A stretch of 60,256 nucleotides of DNA, taken from contig UYFQ01000614.1 of NCBI GenBank assembly GCA_900617105.1, positions 1 to 60,256 of the forward strand, written 5' to 3'. The notes under the pieces were generated by a model, which saw only the letters and a list, made by a program, of their open reading frames with translations, was not told the DNA's origin and did no database searches. The stretch is from Hydrurus foetidus (Eukaryota). Made by a program: the position numbers and the translations under genes. Below, in pieces: positions 47,066-60,256 of this stretch; the first letter of the stretch is position 1; each line of letters starts with the position of its first letter.

Positions 47066-47911
47066 ATGGAAGAGCTCAAGCTGGAGTTATCCGCTTTGTC
47101 CGCTATTTTCTCAGCGAATGAGTTTGAGGTTATCTGGGGAGATGATTGTCTTGCCGTATCGTTCCCATTGCGATTTAGGCTGGAAATTCAGTTTGTTCTC
47201 ACCATGGGAGAGGAAGACGACTATGATATCCTAGTTCAAATACTTGAATCAGAAACTCCCCCACTGGAGCCCGTTCAAAAAGCAGCCGCAGCTGCCCTAG
47301 CCGCAGCAGAGGAGTTCCTGGCTGGTAGGCTGCCAGGAGAGCACAGACATTTGTACAGCGCTCATCAGAAGGCATTGGACGCTTTTGATGACCGCATATC
47401 CCTGGAGACGAGCCCAAGCTTACTCGACAAGGGATTGGAATCGGGAACATTACCAGAAGAATTTACCCAAAGCGCATGCGGCGGACCTCTTCCGGAGACG
47501 ACGGTCGTCATTCTTGACCACATCAATGACACCAAAAAGTATTATAAGTTGCTTGCAAAGTGGTCCCAACAACTAGACCTGTGTTGCGTTGTTCTGGCGA
47601 AAAGTCCAACAAAAGCGAAGGGCGATCGCGCGAAACACATAGTGCTGATAATCCAGTCGGTAGCCAAGAACACCGAATTTTTACGCAGACTCAGGACTGA
47701 AAATGTCGACGTAAATTTGGCGGGAAAGCCCTGCAAGGAGAGGTGTGCATCAACTATTCTCGTGTCACGGAAGTATGACTATCTCGAAATGAACAGCAGA
47801 TTTCAAATCTTCGACTGCTCCACAGCTGCCGCAGTTGCTCTGCTCAGCGACAAATATAAAGTCCCTGATATTGGCATCTTGGTCCGGAACTTTTGCATGG
47901 GCGTGAAGTAA
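47066..47911 (+). CDS. RWDD3: RWD domain-containing protein 3-like (RSUME-like)
   Basis: ELSALSAIF RWD start; LDHINDTKKYYKLLAKW..LRTENVDVNLAGKPCKER matches the RWDD3 C-terminal domain. Start chosen by alignment to the paralog at 42383; the ATG at 46946 is an alternative. Confidence 0.75.
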   Translation: MEELKLELSALSAIFSANEFEVIWGDDCLAVSFPLRFRLEIQFVLTMGEEDDYDILVQILESETPPLEPVQKAAAAALAAAEEFLAGRLPGEHRHLYSAHQKALDAFDDRISLETSPSLLDKGLESGTLPEEFTQSACGGPLPETTVVILDHINDTKKYYKLLAKWSQQLDLCCVVLAKSPTKAKGDRAKHIVLIIQSVAKNTEFLRRLRTENVDVNLAGKPCKERCASTILVSRKYDYLEMNSRFQIFDCSTAAAVALLSDKYKVPDIGILVRNFCMGVK

Positions 47912-49680
47912 CTCCAAGTAAACATGGCCCGAACACGAGCAGCCTGACGCAGGAGAGCAAATCTTAACAGTATTGCATCTGGAGACGCCGAGCTTTCTAC
48001 TCAATCCGATCTGACTCCGTGCCGATGCTAACACTCTTTTACACCACTACAAGAGCACTAGAATTACAAACATCGCAAGTACACATTCTGAATCTACCTC
48101 ACTCAAATGTCGAAGGTTCCTTCCACGCAGTAACGGCAGAAAACGACATGTACTCAGAAACTTCTCACGAAGTCCATATAATTTTGGCACACTCTCGTCT
48201 TACATTTAACATTTAAATAGATCATAACAGCCTAATTATGGCCGTCTTTAATCGCCGAGGTTCCCAACTTCTGCATGTTTTTCACCTGTTGGCAAGAATC
48301 GTTGAAATCATTTTAGAAGGAAGTGTGGGTTTTTCTGAACTGGTTGTTTTGCTTCACCTACATCATGTCGAGGAATGGGGTGGTATCATCGATTATTGTG
48401 CTAATAGCCATTTGTTTTTCTCAAACAATGTGTTTCACGAGACATTTTTATGAATTACCGCATCTCTTTTACAGAACAATTATTCGTACTAGCTTTAAGA
48501 AAGTAAATAACCCGAATTCTTTTCAACAATTCTTTCTACGCTCTACCAAATAAATGACAGTCAGGACCCCCTCTCACTGCTCAGTGCCGCACCATATCCG
48601 CTCTGTTGCACATACAACAGACTACGTGTACGTGCGTACTTGTTGAAATAAGCATGTGGATATTATCCACTCTTACCCTCATTGTTCCGCGCTGACCCAA
48701 GAACGTACGTCACGAATTATAGTACGGTATCTTATCAACGGAGAGTACTCGGTTCCATGAAATGACTGAATAACTAAATGTGACAGTCTAAAATGAAGAT
48801 TTCAGTTTTGAATGTTTTGATGGCGTATTCCTGTACATTCTTCCGTACGTTAGTATTTACTGTATCTGCATGCCACGGTGATATGGCACAACGTCGCAGT
48901 AGCTGCCTTCGTAACAACTCTCCTGTTATCGCAACTACTCTTTGTTATTTAACATCACCTTGACATGTAGATGCGGTAAATACTGAAGTATATGATTAAA
49001 TATTCAGTAAAAGTAATAATTGCCAGATTCAATGATATCAACCAATCCGCCGTAACAGCGAAACGCGAAGCAAAGTGGGCCGTGCATGTACAAAGAGACA
49101 CGAATATGTTCATCAGAAGTCGTGTTAACGAAAGAAATACAGGTATCACAACAACTTACGAGTGCTCATGCGGATGTGCAATGCGATGCGTCACATTCCC
49201 ATTCCTTTCGGAAGGAGACTTCAGAAATGCGTTTCGAAGGACAAATTTTTTAACAACCCGACCCACGGTGCAGCAACTCACATCTCCGGTATCACTGTGT
49301 GCCTTTACTGGAAGATCGAAATAACTCTTAATCTGGGCATCGTGTAGAGACTTGAGTTGCTGTTCGCTTCGAGAAGATGCATCCCTCAACTGTCTCAATG
49401 CTGTCAGCAATTCTGACGCACCCGCTTCCATCACTAGCACGGCTGTATTAATTCGATTCTCCAAAATATTTTCACATTTTTGAAATCAATCAAAAGATTC
49501 AGGAACATATTATCTCCAATTTAAGGAAACACCGATCCGTAAATTACAGAGCGGAAATATAAAAGAGAAATAAATGTAAGAGTGTCGCCCACAACGAAAT
49601 TCCTAAAAAGCACCACACACGGATCGTAAATAAATGTAATAAATAAACTAAAAATCAGTAATGTAATTCTAGTTTCGAAG

Positions 49681-50968
49681 TTATTTTTTGTATTGATTTC
49701 CGTCAAGCTGTTTATTTCGTCCCGGACCGACATTGGGGCTTTTACCCCCTAATTCGAGGGACCGTCTATACGCTGTCCATATAGCGTCCGCAACAACAGT
49801 GCGAAATCCACCACGCTCTAATTCGTAAAGAGCACTTGCAGTTGTACCCCCAGGTGAAGTTACCTTTTAAGATGAAGGAGTGTAGTTGGTGAACTCTCAC
49901 ACGAGAATGACGCTACAGCTTTCCACAGCAAGGGAAAGGAAAGGAAGCAATGACGAATATAATTCCTTACATTGTTCCTAAGCATTCCAATGGAGCTCTC
50001 AGATTTCATGGCGTATGATGCACTGCCTCGTATTGTTGCGGTAACAAGTTTGACTGCCATGTCCCTTGGGAATCCAAGATGCACTGCTGCATCGATCATT
50101 GCTTCCATGGTCAAAAAGACGTACTAAAAGAAGAGACATATAGAGCGCTCTGTCAGTACAATTTCTGTAATATCTCTGCCGATGCTACTGTCATGAACAG
50201 TGGCGATTGAAATGGTGCGTAGCAGGAATTAAAATCGTGGATAGCAGTGATGATGCACTTGAGTGAGTTGAGTTGAGATTACCGCTGGTCCTGATCCAGA
50301 GACGGCAGTGGCCATATCGATGAGGTTCTCGTCTTTCACCTCTATTTGATCTCCTATCGCGGAAAGAAGGAAACGAGCTTGTTCTGTAGAAGCAGAACGA
50401 TAATCTGATGAGGGGACTCCATGAATTTTTTGGCGGAAATAGATGTAATTAATGCTCATTCAGTACCTACAAGCTCCTGAGGCGTTTCTTTCGTCGCAAC
50501 CCAGACTGTCATCGCCTCCATCACCATCGCAGGTGTGTTCGGCATGCTACGCACTATGTTGTTTGTTTTGAACACATCTCTGAGCTGGTCAATTGTACAT
50601 CCCGCAACAATCGATAAAATGAGTCCTCTTGGAGCAGTATCGATGGAGCTTGCGATTGATTCCACATTCTGAGGCTTCACTGACAGAAGGGTGACATCCG
50701 CATTTTTGATTCCCTCGGCAACGCTGAGACAGCTGCTGACGCCGTAGTTAGATTTGAGGTGCTGAATACGTTGCTCGTTTATATCGTAAACAACTATGTC
50801 GGCCATATTTTGCGTTTTGCATGTGAATAGAGCAGATATGATCGCCTCCGCCATATTCCCGCCACCCAAAACGCACAGTTTCATAGATGGTTGGACTTTA
50901 TCAGAAAGCAATCTTGATGATGCCTGCACTCTCAGTGTCACATGTTGACGAAGAAGTGATTGCAGCAT
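49681..50968 (-). CDS. P5CR: Pyrroline-5-carboxylate reductase, 4 exons
   Basis: [38 protein letters not shown] and VTSPGGTT motifs across GT-AG introns; stop at 49681-49683. Confidence 0.95.
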
Positions 50969-51335
50969 ATTTAATTCTCAGTTGATCAAACGCTATCCCG
51001 ATAAATCTCCACTCGTTGATAGCGGCTCAATTAGGGCCAGATGAGTCCCAAATGATGTTAATACTGATATGCTAGTTGACTTCAAGTTGGGAATATCTGC
51101 AGCAACAACGAAATCCAAACCCTCAATCTGGGATCTGGGTTCTTGTTGAACGGTGTCACCCAAAAGTTCTGAGTTGAGTTTGAACTTTAGAGCGGTGGGG
51201 CTTCCCCGAGATTCGGAGATATGAGATCAACCATCAACCTCCAGCATCGATATCGCATCGATCAAAGAGAGCCAATTGAGTATTCAGTTCCTTCTACCAA
51301 ACTCTTAGGCAGCCTGAACCAGGCAGACCAATCTC

Positions 51336-52179
51336 ATGGCATCCATTTTTCTGCAACTACTCTGTTTCGCCTGCATCCTCCCGTCAAACAATGCCCTTAG
51401 ATTTAATGCCGTTACGAAGCATGCTAAGCGTGATATAAGTCAACATCATCCACCAGTCAGACATTCTTTTGTTCTGCAGGCGAAACGAAGAACAACTCTA
51501 TCAAAGGGACGGGGTGCCACTGGTATTGAAGGAGAAACAAAGGTTGATGCTACGGTTCCCGTTGAGAAGCCTCCAACATTCACTGAACCTCTTGTCCAAT
51601 CGCCACCTCCTCCAATTATATTGGCAGCCAGTGACGATCTCAGCAGTTCAACATCTGCAGTAAAAGGCCGTCAGCTCAGTCAACGCATTCAAGATGATAT
51701 CAGTGATTTCGAGCGGATGGGATCCCTCCGGGAGAAAAAAGTGGAAGAGCCAGAGAATGGCGTTGCGAAAGCGCTGAAGAATGTTTTTGCAGCTGTTTTC
51801 ATTGCAGATTTTTTCGTAGTCATAGTGTTTTTGATATGGTTTCTTGCGGCAGCAGCTATGCAGAAAACGAATCCTTTTCTTCTGGAGAAATTTCAGGTAC
51901 AGGGATACGTTATCCTTTCTTCATCGAAAACACATAGTTTGATGGAATTTTTAACATCCTCGTTGAAACTTTGTGTTATAATGAAGCGCATGAAATCCCA
52001 TGGCATTGCTACAGCTCATCACTGAACTGAGCTATCTTTTTTGTTTGATAATCCATTTGTGACGTGCACAGGACATATTTCAACCCGTTGTGGTGCCATC
52101 TCTGACGGTTCTGATGGTGGGGAGTATGGCTTCAGGAGCGTTGGAGGATCAGGCGAACAAGGCCAAAAGCAAACCATGA
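51336..52179 (+). CDS. Probable plastid-targeted two-helix membrane protein, 2 exons
   Basis: Signal peptide plus basic transit-like region; hydrophobic IADFFVVIVFLIWFLA. An intron at about 51897-52071 joins to DIFQPVVVPSLTVLMVGS. Confidence 0.65.
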
Positions 52180-52619
52180 AGCAGTGGACACCCTTATAAC
52201 AGAGCAGTGTGGTGTGAAAAGCAGTGCGACAACTCTTGAGCTGTGCTGTTCTGCTCAGCCTCTGTCTTCTCATACATGACTCAACCGGTGATTTTTACGC
52301 AATGCCGCTTGGATTTCAGGACTTCTACTTCGCACAGGAGATCACTCTGTGTCTAATCCTCGATGATGTTATCTGTCAGCGAATATGATATGCCTTATGA
52401 TCGACAATCCTACTGAACCAATCTATATCAGTTTCCACTCCAGATTCCATTCTTATTTTACTCTCAACTCTGACTAGCAAAGTATGTAAAACACATCCCT
52501 TCGCACAGGATAAAATAAGTATTAAAATGTTCAGTTATCGCGCCAGCATTTCTATCGGAAGAATTCCATATTTCATTTCGCTTGCGGAACACCGCTGAGG
52601 AAAAGAACATTCCGATTCT

Positions 52620-57542
<4,923 letters not shown>

Positions 57543-57717
57543 TCGTCACAAGCCGCGATCTTCAAAAGGGCAGTCGCGTGGAGGATTCTTCTGAAAACAT
57601 CTCAGTGGAGAGAACAGTAAGACAGCAGCAACTCCAAAACAAAGTTTACTGCTGAGCGCTGGAGCGTTGTTATTTGACGCCATTCTCCTACCTCCTACCT
57701 ACACCAGCGCAAAGCCC

Positions 57718-58002
57718 GGACCCATTGCACGGTCAGCGCATCCATTTCCGTCCAGCACGTACGGTGTTTTAGTATGGTGTTTTTAATTTGTGCGTACGTT
57801 CACTTTCGTCTGTTCTTGGAATTTCGAGGTTTGAAAATCGCAAATCTCAAAATCCGAGACGGAGGTCGGGTAAAGGAGTACTGTACGAATCTATTTCTGT
57901 GATTTCCAGCGTGATCTGATGTAAATTCGTGAAGTTCTGTGTTCCTTAAAATCCTGGACGACCTTGGGCGGGGGTTGGATGCGCTGACCGTGCAAAGGGT
58001 CC
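57718..58002. mobile_element. MITE-like element (285 bp)
   Basis: 27-bp inverted repeats GGACCCWTTGCACGGTCAGCGCATCCA (57718-57744 and 57976-58002) with one mismatch. No convincing TSD. Confidence 0.65.
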
Positions 58003-58256
58003 CCGCAGCCACAATCCACAATCCACTCCTGTTCTACCGTCTATACCGGAAACTTCAATTGCGGCTAACGTGAAGCAAGGGGGTATAAAAGGAGAGGGGG
58101 CGGTTTCGAGACCCATCCCCACTCAAACAAATTCTCACCTCAGTCTCGCTCAATAAATTTGAAGCTGAACTACCTGATATCCTTTGGTAACGTTACATAA
58201 GCACTCACTCAATATTGGTCGATTGTGCTTCATTTGCAGTCCTCTTCCCTCGCACA

Positions 58257-59747
58257 ATGGTCGTGCTTGATCTTGACATATTTCTGAGTGATGGTGGCAT
58301 CTTTAAAACGACCATGCAGGCTCTCTACAGCTGTGACGAATTTTTCCTGCAGCGGCAGCAAGTCTTCACTAACTTTTTTAACAAGTGCATGACAGATCCC
58401 GTCACATCAAATGACGTCATTCAAGTATTATACGGGCTAACTGGTGGCTATCATAGCCTGTACAATTCTTTGGTGACCAAAACGATCGGTCCTCTCGAGA
58501 AAAGACACCGAGCTGGAAAACTCATGGTCCAAAAATATGAGTCGAGTAGAATTCTTCTTATCGATGAATACCTGAAGAAGTTTTCTTGTTTGAGTGGTAC
58601 AAAGGATCATTTGTTGCTGTTGGAAGATGAAACGTCAACCGTTAACAAATTCGAAGAAAGTAACTTATTGTTCTGTATCTTGGAACAATCTCTATACGAC
58701 AATTACTGGAAATGGTTGCATTTTGCTAAAGGAATGGATGTTAATAACTTTATTAAAGAGAGACCGAATGATTCTTCGTATCCTTTTTCTACTACTATGC
58801 TGGATAAGATTTATGATATTACTGGTTACCTGTGCGGAGCGCGACTATTCAATTTACTTCGCTACAATAGACTGAAGAGTGACTACCATTTTGTATTCAC
58901 TGAGTACTACACGCACTCGCGATATCCGAATGGTCATATGGCAGTAGAAGATAAGTTGCCAGCAGGCTATCTATTGTTCCGTCAACACTCAGAAGGACTT
59001 TATTTTGCGAGGGGTGCAAACTTTGAGTTTATTAAGATCATGCAGGCGATTTACATGCAGTGTTTGTCAACAGATGTCCTAATACTGTTCAATTCATCCG
59101 AACCAGTAAAGTTGGTTCATGAACTACTTCTTCATTCAGATTCAGTTCAAAAGGCATTCATGAAGTCATGCTATACAATGCAAGATAATTTTGAAGGTGC
59201 AATGAATTTGGCCGAAGACAAAACACCCGTATGTTATCTATTCCAATTTTTAGTGCAGGGATTTATCAGGGTATATTCGAAGGACATATATCAGCTTCGA
59301 TTATCTAATGTGCTATTAAGCAAAACAGGGGCGTCAGGTATCAGAACCGCATTGTTGACTTTAAGTGCTGATGCTCAAAGTAAAAAATCTATTGCACTTA
59401 AGAAGGGGGTTACAAACAGTAATGATGAGTGTACTGCCTCTATACTCCCTTGCACCAACTCCTGTATATGTGGAAAAAAATTTGCGGCTAAAGGTTGGCT
59501 TGCCAGACATCAGTCATCGTGCACTAAATATCTTGCTCTTGATGAGCCTCTAATTCAAAATGATCCTCTCGATAAGGAATCTGTTGAATTGGATAATTTA
59601 ATTGAATTAGAGGGTTTACAAGATTATGGTGATTTTGACAATAATGCTGATCATCAAAGCGCAACGAACCTTGAGATTAGCTCTGAAGCGATGGAGATTT
59701 CATTTGATTCTCACTTTGTATCCAACATAGTCGAGGAGGACTTGTGA
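58257..59747 (+). CDS. Transposon-associated protein with C-terminal zinc finger
   Basis: About 500-aa intronless ORF (first ATG 58257) with a CICGKKFAAKGWLARHQSSC finger and an acidic tail. Confidence 0.65.
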   Translation: MVVLDLDIFLSDGGIFKTTMQALYSCDEFFLQRQQVFTNFFNKCMTDPVTSNDVIQVLYGLTGGYHSLYNSLVTKTIGPLEKRHRAGKLMVQKYESSRILLIDEYLKKFSCLSGTKDHLLLLEDETSTVNKFEESNLLFCILEQSLYDNYWKWLHFAKGMDVNNFIKERPNDSSYPFSTTMLDKIYDITGYLCGARLFNLLRYNRLKSDYHFVFTEYYTHSRYPNGHMAVEDKLPAGYLLFRQHSEGLYFARGANFEFIKIMQAIYMQCLSTDVLILFNSSEPVKLVHELLLHSDSVQKAFMKSCYTMQDNFEGAMNLAEDKTPVCYLFQFLVQGFIRVYSKDIYQLRLSNVLLSKTGASGIRTALLTLSADAQSKKSIALKKGVTNSNDECTASILPCTNSCICGKKFAAKGWLARHQSSCTKYLALDEPLIQNDPLDKESVELDNLIELEGLQDYGDFDNNADHQSATNLEISSEAMEISFDSHFVSNIVEEDL

Positions 59748-59856
59748 TTGATTTCAGTAATATTTGAATTACATCTTATTATCTCATTTGTATATTTTTT
59801 TGTCACTAAGAAATGGTTTGATATTTTTGTTGGTAGTCATTTTTTTTATGTGATAT

Positions 59857-60256
59857 CTAAAGATGCAAAATACCATCTGTTTGTTTCCATATTAATAAAT
59901 CTTTTTTATTGAAAATAATTTCTTTTCTTTTCCTTGCTTCATCCATGCGTAGTATCGCATAGTCAGTGCATTGGACTCTCGGTTCATTTTTATCATTTGA
60001 TGTTGCAAGGGGCTTGGATATTGGATCGTTTTTATTCATAATTACCGATTCTCTTTTAAGGCACCCACCCGAGTTTCTCTTTTTTCTATTTCTTTCACTA
60101 GTATTAACTTCTTTTATTAAATTTACTTTTGTGCAAGAAGCTGCAGTTGTCCTGTGATCTAATCTGCCGTGACCAATAGCAAGTCTTATTTTCGAGAAAC
60201 CATTCTCAACCAAATCTTGGCTTATTCTTCTAGGTAAGAAGTATACCGAATCGTCA
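59857..60256 (-). CDS. 3' end of a convergent ORF entering from beyond the window
   Basis: Open minus-strand frame ending at 59857, basic and Lys-rich; product not identifiable. Confidence 0.45.
   Translation of the reverse strand, partial: DDSVYFLPRRISQDLVENGFSKIRLAIGHGRLDHRTTAASCTKVNLIKEVNTSERNRKKRNSGGCLKRESVIMNKNDPISKPLATSNDKNEPRVQCTDYAILRMDEARKRKEIIFNKKDLLIWKQTDGILHL

Larger units (their letters stand above)
58076..60256. mobile_element. Left part of a coding DNA transposon related to the 27861-29286 element
   Basis: Starts CAAGGGGGTATAAAAGGAGAGGGGGCGG, like the 1.43-kb element TIR. Followed by intronless AT-rich convergent ORFs. The other end is outside the window. Confidence 0.65.

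Noticed and set aside
49156..49464. Small minus-strand ORF (MEAGASELLTALRQL..) downstream of P5CR
   Set aside because: Coding-like but no recognisable family and no resolvable exon structure.

Overview
Eukaryotic nuclear DNA with spliceosomal GT-AG introns and microsatellite-rich introns. It most likely comes from a flagellated, plastid-bearing stramenopile (ochrophyte). That call is inferred from a BBOF1/CCDC176-like gene, two proteins with signal-plus-transit-like presequences, and diatom-type (CoDi-like) Copia elements. Host genes: RAB3GAP2, BBOF1-like, a C2-domain protein, a GNAT, a PDZ/coiled-coil protein, two probable plastid proteins, RWDD3-like plus a truncated duplicate, P5C reductase and a TrhO/TSTD2-like rhodanese. 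About 40% of the window is mobile DNA. (1) A young chromodomain Gypsy element (3150-10652) is nested in the RT of a Copia. It has TG..TA ends, no tRNA PBS, a CCCH finger in Gag, an in-frame UAG gag-pol junction followed by a predicted pseudoknot, and IFDN instead of YxDD. It also carries an antisense ORF with a Josephin/papain-like Cys-His-Asp layout, bracketed by Pol III A/B-box motifs. (2) A full-length Copia (30426-36319) has TG..GA ends and a PBS complementary to its own LTR, suggesting self-priming. (3) A pogo-type DD39D transposon (44266-46848) has an apparent 4-bp TSD and a second, convergent gene encoding only a paralog of the transposase DNA-binding domain. (4) Several non-autonomous TIR/foldback elements are present, one related to a two-ORF element that runs off the right edge. 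All homology calls come from motif recognition by eye; no searches were run.
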